DNA from: Akkermansia muciniphila
GTDB taxonomy: Bacteria; Verrucomicrobiota; Verrucomicrobiia; Limisphaerales; SIBE01
Assembly: GCA_945861765.1 (NCBI GenBank)
Contig: CAMAWP010000003.1
Span: 7,087-71,086, forward strand
Direction: 5' to 3'
Length of the DNA: 64,000 nt
The translations under genes and the position numbers were made by a program. Shown one piece after another: positions 51,530-61,989 of this stretch. The notes below the pieces were generated by a model. The model was not told the origin of the DNA. It made no database searches and saw nothing but the letters and a program-made list of their open reading frames with translations. How positions within the stretch are numbered: the stretch's first letter is position 1; every line of letters begins with the position of its first letter.

Positions 51530-53071
51530 ATGCACGCGCTGGGAAACAAGAACGTTTTGGTCATCGGACTCGGGCTGAGTGGCCAAGCTGCTTGCCGTCT
51601 CTTGCGGAAACGGGAAGCGATCGTGACAGCGATAGACAGCGCCAATACCGATGCCTTGCAAGCCGATGCGAATCGATTGCGGGCCTTGGGAGTCAAGGTT
51701 GAATTGGGAGCCACAGCTCCTCCGGCGGAGCGGTTCGAATTGGTGGTAGTTAGTCCAGGTGTGCCACCGAAATCACCATTAATGCAAGGCATCGCTCACG
51801 ATCAAGTCCCTTTGATCGGCGAATTGGAACTTGGATTTCAACAGTCGCTTTGTCTGAATATCGCCATCACAGGAACGAATGGCAAAACGACTACGGCTGA
51901 GCTCATCGAGCGAATGCTGACTCATGCCCACCGCAAGACGATCGCCGCCGGGAATATTGGTCTGCCATTGTGCGATGTGGTCGATCAGACAAAAGAGCTG
52001 GATTTTTTGACTCTCGAAGTCAGCTCCTTCCAGTTGGAGACTACACAATTTTTTCGTCCGGCTGTCGCGGTTCTCCTCAACATCACTCCCGACCATCTGG
52101 ATCGTTATGCGTCCATGGCAGATTACGCTCGGGCCAAAGCCCGAGTGTTTATGAATCAACAGCCCTTTGATTGGGCTGTCGTCCAGAGCGAAGCGCTCGC
52201 GCAAATTCAGTCGCTCAATCTTCCCGTGCCGTCCAAAGTTATTACGTTCAGTGCGATTGATCAGCGGGCTGATATTTATTTGGATCGCGGTTTACTCATT
52301 AGCCGTATGCCGGACTGGACTGGGCCGCTCTTGGATATGGAGGCCTGTCAGATCGAGGGCCCGCACAACGCAGAAAACATGATGGCCACCCTGGCGGTCG
52401 GGAGAGTTCTTCGCCTGCCTTTGGAACAGACCATCGAATCTTTGCGGGCTTATCGTCCTCCTCCACACCGTTGCGAGCGAGTGGCCGAAATTAAGGGCAT
52501 TCATTTTATCAACGATTCAAAGGCAACCAATCTCGACGCCGTTGAAAAGGCCCTATTGTCCGTGCCGAGCGGAACGGCGGGAGAGCCGAACGTCCTCTTG
52601 ATCGCGGGCGGCAAGGACAAGGGATTGGAATATCACGACATTGGGCCGCTTCTGGCCAAGCGTGTAAAACATGCGTTTTTGATCGGTGAAACCCGAGAAA
52701 GAATCCAGTCGGCGTGGAGCCTGTTTACTCCTTGTACTCTCGCAAACTCACTGCCCGACGCCGTTTCCATGGCATACGAGAACGCTGTTTCCGGCGACGT
52801 TGTGTTACTCTCTCCCGCCTGTTCTAGTTTTGACATGTTTCAAAACTACCAGCACCGAGGCGAAGTATTCCGACGTTCCGTGCAGCAACTGCTTTCAACC
52901 TGCCAGGCGATCCTCCCCCAGGGCAAGTCCGGCCTAGCTCCCACCGAACCGAATTCTCCGGAACTATCAGAGGAGCCATTTTCGAATAATATTTCGTCGC
53001 GAGGGTTTCTCACCAAGAGTTCCGCGATGAACAAATCTGAATCCAACACACCTCATAACAACCAACATTAA
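51530..53071 (+). CDS. murD: MurD ligase with low-complexity C-terminal tail
   Basis: GTNGKTTT, EVSSFQL, NDSKATN, SPACSSFDMF. Confidence 0.97.
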   Translation: MHALGNKNVLVIGLGLSGQAACRLLRKREAIVTAIDSANTDALQADANRLRALGVKVELGATAPPAERFELVVVSPGVPPKSPLMQGIAHDQVPLIGELELGFQQSLCLNIAITGTNGKTTTAELIERMLTHAHRKTIAAGNIGLPLCDVVDQTKELDFLTLEVSSFQLETTQFFRPAVAVLLNITPDHLDRYASMADYARAKARVFMNQQPFDWAVVQSEALAQIQSLNLPVPSKVITFSAIDQRADIYLDRGLLISRMPDWTGPLLDMEACQIEGPHNAENMMATLAVGRVLRLPLEQTIESLRAYRPPPHRCERVAEIKGIHFINDSKATNLDAVEKALLSVPSGTAGEPNVLLIAGGKDKGLEYHDIGPLLAKRVKHAFLIGETRERIQSAWSLFTPCTLANSLPDAVSMAYENAVSGDVVLLSPACSSFDMFQNYQHRGEVFRRSVQQLLSTCQAILPQGKSGLAPTEPNSPELSEEPFSNNISSRGFLTKSSAMNKSESNTPHNNQH

Positions 53072-53086
53072 CCAGCGCCAAAGTCC

Positions 53087-53917
53087 ATGAACATTCCCAA
53101 CTCACCCATGCTCCAGAGTCCGCTCCAGCAGCGCCCTGCCAATGGCAAATCCAGCGTCCACATCGTCGTTTTTACGACAGTCGCCCTTCACGCCGTTTTC
53201 TTTAGCGGCCTTCTCATGCTAGGTTGCGGTCGAGAGAAAGTTGCGGCCAAGAAGGCCGAACCCACCAACAACGTTGCAGACGTGCTTCCGAAGCTCGATA
53301 CGAATGCCGGCTATTATTCAAGCTTCGGCGACGTCCCGGCGGTCAGTACTAATGTTCCGGCGACGAATGAGTTCTTGCTGCGGCCACCTCAGTCGGTTTT
53401 GGCCACACCGACACCCCCGCCACCATCGCGCGAGACCCCCGGTGAATCCAAAGAATACACGATTGTTAAAGGCGACACTCTTGGAAAGATTGCCAAGGCA
53501 CATGGCGTAACGCTTGCCGCCCTCAACAATGCTAATCCGGGCCTCGATTCCACTAAGCTTCGGCTGGCTCAGAAAATTCAGATTCCCGCTGCGAGCGCTG
53601 CTCCTGCTCGAGTTCCCGGGCTTGTTGAACCAGCTCGGGTCGAGACGGGTGACGGAAAAACCCATGTCGTCAAAGTAGGCGAAAATCTCACGAAAATTGC
53701 TAAGCAACACGGGACGACAGCCTCGGCCATACGAGCTGCGAACAACATGAAGACAGATCAGTTGCTGGTCGGGAAGAAATTGAAAATACCGGCTTCTTCG
53801 GCTCCGACCGCATCCGTGAAAACAAACAAGTCAACGTCGGGGTCACCCCTTCCTTTGACCAATCCAGATCACGTCGAGCCGTTAAGGGCCGGATCCACGA
53901 CAACGAACCTCCGCTAG
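53087..53917 (+). CDS. LysM domain protein (two LysM)
   Basis: YTIVKGDTLGKIA and HVVKVGENLTKIA; N-terminal TM. Confidence 0.92.
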   Translation: MNIPNSPMLQSPLQQRPANGKSSVHIVVFTTVALHAVFFSGLLMLGCGREKVAAKKAEPTNNVADVLPKLDTNAGYYSSFGDVPAVSTNVPATNEFLLRPPQSVLATPTPPPPSRETPGESKEYTIVKGDTLGKIAKAHGVTLAALNNANPGLDSTKLRLAQKIQIPAASAAPARVPGLVEPARVETGDGKTHVVKVGENLTKIAKQHGTTASAIRAANNMKTDQLLVGKKLKIPASSAPTASVKTNKSTSGSPLPLTNPDHVEPLRAGSTTTNLR

Positions 53918-53980
53918 CGAGCCAGGGAGCCAGGGGGCCTGGGTGACCCGGGCGCGCTGCCGCGACTCGCCGATTCGAGA

Positions 53981-55114
53981 ATGAAAATTGCCTTCACGGT
54001 TCTGATCTCTTCTGTGGGCGTCTTGGTCTCCCTGGGCATGGTAGTGCTTTACAGCGCTGGCATGGGGAGAGGAGAAGCGAGTGCCCATTTTTTCCTCACG
54101 CAACTCGCTTGGTTTGGAATTGGTCTGGTCGCTTGCTGCTTGATGGCCACGATCGACTACCAGATCTTCAAAAAATTCGCTTTGGTTTTGTTCGCCGTGT
54201 CGGTTGTTCTGCTGCTGCTCGTGCTGGTGCCTGGAATCGGCTACAAGACCGGTGGAGCCCGGCGCTGGTTTCGTTACGGCATTAGTTTTCAGCCGTCGGA
54301 ACTCGCTAAGCTCGGCCTGATCGTCATGGTCGCATGGTACTGTGAACGTTACCAATTGTTGTTGAGAAAAGCTAAGCAGGGCGTGGTTGTTCCCGGACTT
54401 TTTATCGGCTTGGTCTTGGTCTTGATTTTCCTGGAGCCAGACGTGGGGACGACGATCCTGCTGGCCGGGGTCAGTTCCATCATGCTTTTGGTGGCGGGGA
54501 TCCGATGGTTGCACTTCCTGCCGCCTTCTTGTTTGGGCATGGGTGCTTTGAGCCTGTTCTTGTGGCAGGACCCGATGAGATCGGAACGGATTTATTCCTG
54601 GCTTCATGTGGAAGAAACCAAGATGGAGAAAGGCTTGCAAGCCTGGCAGTCCATGCTCGCCTTTGGCTCCGGCGGCTGGCAAGGACTTGGTTTGGGGAAT
54701 GGACGGCAGAAGTTGGGGTTTGTTCCCCAGCAACACACGGATTTCATCTTTTCGGTTATTGGCGAGGAGTTTGGGCTGATCGCCACGCTCACGGTTGTTC
54801 TGCTGTTCGTTCTCCTGGTGATCAGTGGTGTCTATATTTCCGGCAAATCTCGGGACGTCTTTGGATTGCTGCTCGGCACAGGGATTACTTTCATGATCGG
54901 CGCGCAGGCATTCATCAACATAGGGGTGACTACGGGAGCTTTGCCCAATAAGGGCTTGCCCCTTCCGTTCATAAGTTTCGGTGGCTCCAATCTTTTGTTG
55001 ATGCTGGGCTGCATTGGAATACTCCTCAGTATCGGCCGCCATGCGGCTGACCGGACGGAGGATGCCTCGGGACGATTCCATTCCACAGAGGTGTTAGCGG
55101 GCCAACTTTCCTAA
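53981..55114 (+). CDS. ftsW: Peptidoglycan polymerase FtsW
   Basis: GARRW, FQPSELAK, HTDFIFS..GEEFG, LPFISFGGS. Confidence 0.97.
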   Translation: MKIAFTVLISSVGVLVSLGMVVLYSAGMGRGEASAHFFLTQLAWFGIGLVACCLMATIDYQIFKKFALVLFAVSVVLLLLVLVPGIGYKTGGARRWFRYGISFQPSELAKLGLIVMVAWYCERYQLLLRKAKQGVVVPGLFIGLVLVLIFLEPDVGTTILLAGVSSIMLLVAGIRWLHFLPPSCLGMGALSLFLWQDPMRSERIYSWLHVEETKMEKGLQAWQSMLAFGSGGWQGLGLGNGRQKLGFVPQQHTDFIFSVIGEEFGLIATLTVVLLFVLLVISGVYISGKSRDVFGLLLGTGITFMIGAQAFINIGVTTGALPNKGLPLPFISFGGSNLLLMLGCIGILLSIGRHAADRTEDASGRFHSTEVLAGQLS

Positions 55115-56337
55115 TGCCGATGCCAACACCAAATCCGTTCGTCGTGATTGCCTGTGGTGGGACAGGGGGGCATCTCTTTCCGGGGATTGCTATCGCCGAG
55201 GCGCTTCAGCAAAAGGCTTGTGACATTGCACTTATCGTCTCTCCGAAGGAGGTGGATCAGGAGGCCGTAAAATCGGCAACCGGATTCGAGGTGAGGACTC
55301 TGCCGACCATTGCGCTGCAAGATGGCAACTGGACAGCCTTCGTTAGAGGATGCTGGGCTTCTTACCGCATTTGCGCGCGAGGCTTTAAAGCGCGGCAGCC
55401 CGACGCTGTTCTCGCGATGGGCGGCTTCACGAGCGCACCTCCGATTCTCGCCGGAAAATTCGCTGGCGCCGCGACTTTCTTGCATGAATCGAACGCGATC
55501 CCGGGACGAGCTAATCGATGGCTCGCCCCTTTGGTGGATCAGATTTTTGTCGGCTTTCAAATGGCGACCCGACGGCTTCGCCATCAATCGGTCAAGGTTG
55601 TTGGAACACCTGTCCGCCCTGCCTTTAGTCCCCTGGAGACTGCAGCTTGTCGAATGGCTCTCGGCCTGAATCCGGCCAAACCGGTGTTGCTGGTGATGGG
55701 GGGAAGCCAGGGGGCCAGCGGCATCAACGACCTGTTGAGACAAGCATTGCCTATCCTTTCCGCTCGCCTCCCTGAATTGCAATTCGTGCATCTCACCGGA
55801 TCGAGTGACAAAGAAAAGGTGGCCGCTGATTATGCCCTGCACAAGCGCCGCGCGGTGGTCTTCCCGTTTCTCACGGAGATGGAGCTGGCTCTAGGCGCCG
55901 CAACCATCGCTTTGAGCCGGTCTGGAGCGTCGTCTTTGGCCGAATTCGCGGCCATGCGCTTGCCCGCGATTTTGATTCCATTTCCTTCGGCAGCGGATAA
56001 CCACCAGTTTTACAACGCGCGCGCTTTCGCTGAAACGGGAGCGGCTGTGCAACTCGATCAAGCGAGCGTCACGCTGGAAAAGCTGACAGATCAGATCGTC
56101 CTGTTGATCGAAGACACCAAAGCTCGAGTTGCCATGACGTCTGCTTTGGAGCGGTGGCATTATCCGGACGCTGCTGAAGAAGTTGCCAAGTCTATCTTAA
56201 GACGACTAGGGGTCGCAGACGTTGGTCCCCCAGTTCACAAGCCCGAAGACTCGAAAAGTTTAGGCTCTTCATCTCTGAAAGAACCGCCTGGCCGCGAGGT
56301 GAATCCTCAACTCTGCCTCTCCCGATCAAACCTGTGA
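55114..56337 (+). CDS. murG: MurG glycosyltransferase
   Basis: GGTGGHLFP, HESNAIPGRAN, GGSQGA, HQFYNA. Confidence 0.97.
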   Translation: MPMPTPNPFVVIACGGTGGHLFPGIAIAEALQQKACDIALIVSPKEVDQEAVKSATGFEVRTLPTIALQDGNWTAFVRGCWASYRICARGFKARQPDAVLAMGGFTSAPPILAGKFAGAATFLHESNAIPGRANRWLAPLVDQIFVGFQMATRRLRHQSVKVVGTPVRPAFSPLETAACRMALGLNPAKPVLLVMGGSQGASGINDLLRQALPILSARLPELQFVHLTGSSDKEKVAADYALHKRRAVVFPFLTEMELALGAATIALSRSGASSLAEFAAMRLPAILIPFPSAADNHQFYNARAFAETGAAVQLDQASVTLEKLTDQIVLLIEDTKARVAMTSALERWHYPDAAEEVAKSILRRLGVADVGPPVHKPEDSKSLGSSSLKEPPGREVNPQLCLSRSNL

Positions 56338-58730
56338 CGGATCTCAACCCAGATCAAGTTGTTGAACTCCTTCAAATGAAAGGTCCGGGCGCAACCGTTT
56401 ACTTGGTCGGCGCGGGCGGCTGCGGCATGAGCGGTCTCGGGCACCTTTTATTGGACATGGGATATTTGATCGCCGGATCGGATCTGGCTGTGAATACCGA
56501 GGTGCTGCAACTGCGCGCGCGCGGGGCCTTGATTCATTCTGGACATCTCGAAGGTCAGGTCATCGCGGCGCGTCCTTTTCTCGTGGTGTACTCGTCGGCG
56601 GTTCGACTGGGCAACGCGGAGCTGCGAGAGGCTGAAGAGATGCAAGTTCCAGTCATCCGCCGAGGTGTTGCCTTGGCCGCATTGGTGCGCCGCCACCGCG
56701 GCATCGGGATTGCCGGAATGCATGGCAAGACCACGACTACGGCGCTTCTGGCCTTTGCCTTCCAGCAGCTCGCGATCAACGTGAGCTATGCTGTCGGTGC
56801 CTTGGTTCCCCAACTCATCCCTCACGCAAAATCGGTGCCGGCTTCTCCATCTTCAGTCCAGGACTCTCAGCCTTATTTTGTCGTTGAAGCCGATGAGAGC
56901 GATGGCACTCTTCGCGAATTCAAATTGGAGCATGCGATTGTGCTGAACCTCGATGCCGAGCATCTCGATTTCTACGGTGACCTCGACGCCATCGCTCAGG
57001 AATTTCGCACGTTCGCCGATCAAACCCGAGGTAAGCTGGTTTATTGCGCGGACGATCTCCCATTGGTCAAGCTCTTGAGCGGGCGACCGAGGGCCATCTC
57101 TTACGGATTTGCTCCCACGGCAGAATATCGAATCTCACCCAAGCTCGTGGCCGCGCGTTCAACGTTCCATGCCCAGTCCGCGACTCGTTTCGAAATCTGG
57201 CATCGTGATGAACGGCTTGGAGAATTCATCACCATGCTCGCGGGCGCCAAAAATGTTTCCAATACGGCGGCGATCATCGCTCTATTGCATCAATTGGGTT
57301 TCCAGCCTTCGGAAATTGATCGAGCGATCAGTTCTTTTCGCGGAGCGTCCCGAAGGCAGCAGGAGCTCTACAGAGACGAGCATTACCAGGTGATCGATGA
57401 TTACGGTCATCATCCCACCGAAATTCGAGCGACACTCCAAGCTCTGAAAAGCTCGAACCGTGGCCGCCTCCTTGTCGTTTTCCAGCCGCATCGTTTTAGC
57501 CGAACACGGCATCTAATGAACGAGTTCGCCTCTTGTTTTAAGGATGCCGACCGGCTTTGGTTGACCGAAATCTATTCTGCAAACGAACCCCCGATAGCCG
57601 GTGTCAACGGCGACGCGCTCGCCGCTGCGGTTCGTGGGCAAGGCCAGGCTGTCGAATTCGTTCCTTCTCTCGCGGCTTTGCCCTCCCATGTGCGAGCCGC
57701 TATCCAACCCGGCGACTCGGTCTTGTTCTTGGGAGCTGGAAACATCACCAACGCTGCCCACGAGCTCGCCGCCGATCTGAAGCGCGAGGCTGACCATAGA
57801 AAAGAATCTCTTTACGCCAGCCTCGCGCGACGGCTCTCGCCAGCTACAACGCTTCGGCAGAATGAACTATTGGCGAAACGCACCACGCTGCGTGTTGGTG
57901 GCCGGGCGGATCTTTATGTTGAACCTGCTTCCGAAGCCGAGCTGGCTGAGGTGCTGAGATTCTGCGCCGAGCAACACTTGCCATTTTTGATGCTCGGACG
58001 CGGGTCCAATCTTCTCATCCAGGACGGCGGCATTCGCGGCATCGTGATTTCCCTGGCTCATCCGCAGTTCTGCGCGGTCGAAGTACGCGGGGAAGAATTG
58101 CACTGCGGCGCTGGCGCGAGATTGAAAGCAGTCGCGATGGAGGCCAAAGGGCATGCCCTCGCTGGCTTGGAGTTTCTCGAAGGTATTCCCGGCACGGTCG
58201 GCGGCGCTTTGCGCATGAATGCCGGAGCGATGGGCGGTTGGATATTCCATGCCGTGAAAGCGATCCGCTTTATGGATTTCGGCGGGACGACTTACGAACG
58301 GGGCGTCGATGATGTCAAGGTCGAGTATCGGAGCTGTCCACTTCTCAAAAAGAACATCGCTCTCACCGCGGTGCTGAAAGGGCAGCCTGCGGATCGCGAG
58401 AGCATCGCCAATAGAATGAAGGCTGGCAGCCAGAAACGCTGGGATTCTCAACCGGCCGCTCCTAGTGCCGGCTGCATCTTCAAGAATCCTCTCACTATTC
58501 CCGCTGGCAAACTGATCGATGAACTCGGCCTCAAAGGGACGCGCGTTGGCGGTGCAGTGGTTTCCGATGTGCATGGCAATTTTATCGTCAACGAAGGCAC
58601 TGCCACAGCCCATGACGTTCTGAGCTTAATCGAACTTATCAGGGAAAAAGTTCGAGCCGATCGAGGTATCGAGTTGGAAACAGAGGTGGAGATCGTCGGA
58701 GAAATGGGAAATTGCGGAGGCGGCCGATGA
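56334..58730 (+). CDS. murC: MurC-MurB fusion protein
   Basis: MurC: GAGGCGMSG, GMHGKTTT, DDYGHHPTE, FQPHRFSR; MurB: TLRVGG, GRGSNLL, GIPGTVGG, SAGCIFKNP, HGNFIVN. Confidence 0.95.
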   Translation: MTDLNPDQVVELLQMKGPGATVYLVGAGGCGMSGLGHLLLDMGYLIAGSDLAVNTEVLQLRARGALIHSGHLEGQVIAARPFLVVYSSAVRLGNAELREAEEMQVPVIRRGVALAALVRRHRGIGIAGMHGKTTTTALLAFAFQQLAINVSYAVGALVPQLIPHAKSVPASPSSVQDSQPYFVVEADESDGTLREFKLEHAIVLNLDAEHLDFYGDLDAIAQEFRTFADQTRGKLVYCADDLPLVKLLSGRPRAISYGFAPTAEYRISPKLVAARSTFHAQSATRFEIWHRDERLGEFITMLAGAKNVSNTAAIIALLHQLGFQPSEIDRAISSFRGASRRQQELYRDEHYQVIDDYGHHPTEIRATLQALKSSNRGRLLVVFQPHRFSRTRHLMNEFASCFKDADRLWLTEIYSANEPPIAGVNGDALAAAVRGQGQAVEFVPSLAALPSHVRAAIQPGDSVLFLGAGNITNAAHELAADLKREADHRKESLYASLARRLSPATTLRQNELLAKRTTLRVGGRADLYVEPASEAELAEVLRFCAEQHLPFLMLGRGSNLLIQDGGIRGIVISLAHPQFCAVEVRGEELHCGAGARLKAVAMEAKGHALAGLEFLEGIPGTVGGALRMNAGAMGGWIFHAVKAIRFMDFGGTTYERGVDDVKVEYRSCPLLKKNIALTAVLKGQPADRESIANRMKAGSQKRWDSQPAAPSAGCIFKNPLTIPAGKLIDELGLKGTRVGGAVVSDVHGNFIVNEGTATAHDVLSLIELIREKVRADRGIELETEVEIVGEMGNCGGGR

Positions 58731-59644
58731 GCGCGCGTTTGAACATCACTGTGATGCTTGGCGGTCCGTCCAAGGAACGAGAAGTCTCGCTCCGCTCTGG
58801 CGCTGCTGTAGCCGCGGCTTTGCGGTCGCTTGGACACGTTGTTTACGAACTCGACCCGCAGGATCACAACTGGAGTCTGCCACCCCAAACCGACGCGGTG
58901 TTTCTAGCCCTCCATGGGACATACGGAGAGGATGGGACAGTTCAGCAACGCCTCGAGGACTTGGGCATTCCTTATACCGGATGTAGTCCCGAAGCGAGCC
59001 GCGTGGCGTTCGATAAGGTCTTGACGAAGCGTCGATGTCTGGATGCGCGTTTGCCAACCGCTCGGTTCGAAGTGCTCACCTCGGCTTCTTCCCGCTGCCC
59101 GGTGGGATGGCATCCGCCGCTCGTCTTGAAACCAGTGCGGCAGGGTTCCAGCGTTGGGCTGCGATTCGTCGAGCGCATTGAAGAATGGCCCAAAGCGCTG
59201 GCCGAAGCGCTCCGCTATGACACGGAAATTTTGCTCGAGCCTAAGATTTTAGGTCGAGAGACAACGGTAGGCATTCTCGATGGGGAAGCGTTGCCGGTTG
59301 TGGAAATCCGTCCCAAGAAGGGCACTTACGATTACCAGAACAAATACACCGTGGGCGCCACGGAATATCTTTGTCCGGCGCCCTTTGACTCAGGGATCAC
59401 AGCCAAGGTTCAGGAAGTTGGGCTCGGCGCTTTTCGGGCAATCGGCGGGCGCGACTATGGTCGGGTCGATATCATAGTTCAGCCGAACGGAGAGGCGATG
59501 ATTCTGGAAGTCAATACGCTGCCCGGTATGACTGAGACGAGTTTGCTGCCCAAAGCGGCGGCGGCCAAAGGTCTGAGTTACGGCGAACTATGCCAAAAAA
59601 TGGTGGATCTCGCCCAAGAACGCGCCGCACAAATGCGCCGATGA
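58727..59644 (+). CDS. ddl: D-alanine--D-alanine ligase
   Basis: GGPSKEREVSL, LHGTYGEDG, GSSVG, YDYQNKY, EVNTLPGMT. Confidence 0.97.
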   Translation: MSARLNITVMLGGPSKEREVSLRSGAAVAAALRSLGHVVYELDPQDHNWSLPPQTDAVFLALHGTYGEDGTVQQRLEDLGIPYTGCSPEASRVAFDKVLTKRRCLDARLPTARFEVLTSASSRCPVGWHPPLVLKPVRQGSSVGLRFVERIEEWPKALAEALRYDTEILLEPKILGRETTVGILDGEALPVVEIRPKKGTYDYQNKYTVGATEYLCPAPFDSGITAKVQEVGLGAFRAIGGRDYGRVDIIVQPNGEAMILEVNTLPGMTETSLLPKAAAAKGLSYGELCQKMVDLAQERAAQMRR

Positions 59645-59704
59645 CGAGACTTGCACAATGTGGCCGGCGCGGTGGCCGACCGCTGAAGACCAAGCATTGG
59701 AAAA

Positions 59705-60667
59705 ATGTGGTTTAAACGGAAACCAAGAAATCGACGGTTCGAACGGACGCATGTCCTGGACGTCAAGATGCGATCGCAGCATACACGGTCTGCGCGGACG
59801 CGACTGGCTGCGACGGCGTTTGCGATGATCGTGGGCACTACCATGACCCTTTTCCTTCTTTGGCGGGGCAGTGAGTGGGCGTTGCAAGAATTGGTATGGA
59901 ATAACACGGCTTTTAACATTCAGAGCATCGACATCCAAACTGACGGCATCATCCCATTGAACCAAATACTCGCAGGAGCTGGAGTGAAGGAGGGTGACAA
60001 TTTGCTCGCCCTCGACCTGCTGCGAATCAAGAGGGACTTAGAGTTGCTGCCTCTCATTCAAAGCGCAGCCGTCGAGCGAGTGCTTCCGAATAGTTTGAAA
60101 CTCCGTGTCATCGAAAGAGAGCCTGTAGCACAGATTTCCGGGTTCCAAACCACATCTCCTATCGGGGAGGTCATGACCACTATTTTTTACATTGATGAAG
60201 TAGGTTATGTGATGTTGCCACTGGAATCATCGAAGCAGCCTGGCGCGCCCAATTTATTGTGGGACCCACTGCCGGTCCTAACCGGTGTTGTTGGAACTGA
60301 ATTGCGCCCCGGCCGACGGGTGGAATCGCCGCAGATGCATGCGGCGTTACTTCTGGTCGCTGCTTTCGGACGATCTCCCATGGCGGGGTTGGTCGATCTG
60401 AAGAGCATCGATCTTTCATCGCCTCAGGCATTAGTGATCACAACTGGCCAGGGGAACGAAGTCACCTTTGGCCTCTCGGACATGGAGATGCAACTGCGAC
60501 GCTGGCGGATGGTGCATGACTATGTGCATCAGGAAGGCAAAGCGATCGGCACGCTCGACTTGTCCGTTTCCAACAACGTTCCCGCTCACTGGCAGGAACT
60601 CAGCGTCGTTCCGCCACCGCGCCCGAAACCACTTAAACCTTCACGTTACAGGAAAAAACATGTCTAA
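59705..60667 (+). CDS. ftsQ: Cell division protein FtsQ
   Basis: TM + POTRA, VERVLPNSL..IEREPVA; position. Confidence 0.88.
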   Translation: MWFKRKPRNRRFERTHVLDVKMRSQHTRSARTRLAATAFAMIVGTTMTLFLLWRGSEWALQELVWNNTAFNIQSIDIQTDGIIPLNQILAGAGVKEGDNLLALDLLRIKRDLELLPLIQSAAVERVLPNSLKLRVIEREPVAQISGFQTTSPIGEVMTTIFYIDEVGYVMLPLESSKQPGAPNLLWDPLPVLTGVVGTELRPGRRVESPQMHAALLLVAAFGRSPMAGLVDLKSIDLSSPQALVITTGQGNEVTFGLSDMEMQLRRWRMVHDYVHQEGKAIGTLDLSVSNNVPAHWQELSVVPPPRPKPLKPSRYRKKHV

Positions 60668-61895
60668 ATCCTCTTCCACAGTCGTTGGTTTGGATATCGG
60701 CACATCCAAAATCTGCGCTGTTGCTGGCCAGGTCAACGAAGTCGGCGGTCTGAATATCATCGGCGTGGGCCAGGCCAAATCGCGAGGAGTTCGCAAAGGT
60801 GAAATTGTCGATGCAACCCTCGCGGCCGAAGATGTGCGAAATGCCATTGTCGAAGCTGAGCAAATGGCGGACGTCGAAATTCGCAGCGTCTATCTGGGAG
60901 TCAGCGGCGGCCACATCCGGGGTTTCAACAATCGCGGATTTCACCCGGTGGTCTCCAGCGATCGTGAGATTATGGAGGACGATGTCCAGGATGTCGTCAA
61001 GAACGCCAAGGCCATCAACCTCCCGTCGGAGAACCGGGTGGTGCATGTCGTGCGCCAGCATTTCCTGGTCGATGGCCAGGATGGCATTCTTAATCCTGTC
61101 GGCATGTTTGGCGCACGCGTCGAGGTGGATATTCATGTGATCCACGGGAACTTTAATCGTCTGCAAAACCCTATTCGCGTCGTAAAGAGCTTGCAGGTGG
61201 AGGTGGACGACATCGTGTTTACTGGCCTGGCCTCTTCTCTCGCACTGCTGAGCAACCAGCAAAAAGAGTTGGGTGCCCTCGTCATCGACATGGGGAGCGG
61301 CACGACGGAGTATGTGGTTTATTCGGATGGGATTGTCAAACATACTGGTGTGCTCGCGGTGGGAGGTGACCACGTCTCCAATGACTTGGCTTACGGCCTC
61401 AAAGTGCCGCTTGCCCGCGCTGAACAACTGAAGCTCGAATTTGGCGCCGCCATTGTCGATCCCAGCGTCAAAGGCCAAACCATTCCATTGACCAATGATG
61501 TCGGGCCTCCCGAAAAGTCGGTTAATCTCGAGCATCTGCGAAGGATTATGTATCTGCGGCTGGAGGAAATATTTCAACTTATTGCTCGGGAATTGGAGCC
61601 GGCGGGTCTGCTGAACTATATGCGTTGCGGGACTTTTCTTTGCGGCGGCGGAGCGCGAATTCCGGAGATCAATACCTTGGCTGAGAAAGTGTTTGGGCTG
61701 CCCGCCTCGCTGGGTAAAACGAATTCGATCAGTGGTTTAAAGTCTGCGCTGGATCAACCGGAGTTCGCCGCTGCGATCGGGCTCGCCAAGTTCGGGTCAT
61801 TCGAACACAAGAAACGCGCCGAGGAGCATGGATCCTTTGCGCAAGGGCTGAAGAGCACTTTCAGCCACTTTTTTCGGCGTGGAGCTAAAGCTTAA
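60660..61895 (+). CDS. ftsA: Cell division protein FtsA
   Basis: GLDIGTSKI, IDMGSGTT, GGDHVSND, GGGARI. Confidence 0.97.
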   Translation: MSKSSSTVVGLDIGTSKICAVAGQVNEVGGLNIIGVGQAKSRGVRKGEIVDATLAAEDVRNAIVEAEQMADVEIRSVYLGVSGGHIRGFNNRGFHPVVSSDREIMEDDVQDVVKNAKAINLPSENRVVHVVRQHFLVDGQDGILNPVGMFGARVEVDIHVIHGNFNRLQNPIRVVKSLQVEVDDIVFTGLASSLALLSNQQKELGALVIDMGSGTTEYVVYSDGIVKHTGVLAVGGDHVSNDLAYGLKVPLARAEQLKLEFGAAIVDPSVKGQTIPLTNDVGPPEKSVNLEHLRRIMYLRLEEIFQLIARELEPAGLLNYMRCGTFLCGGGARIPEINTLAEKVFGLPASLGKTNSISGLKSALDQPEFAAAIGLAKFGSFEHKKRAEEHGSFAQGLKSTFSHFFRRGAKA

Positions 61896-61989
61896 TCGTC
61901 ATGAAGCCAATCAATCCAAACCTTTGTGCGAGCCGCATTGAACACGGTATCCCGTACCCTAGAACGAAGACGTTTGAGTCGCCATCAAT

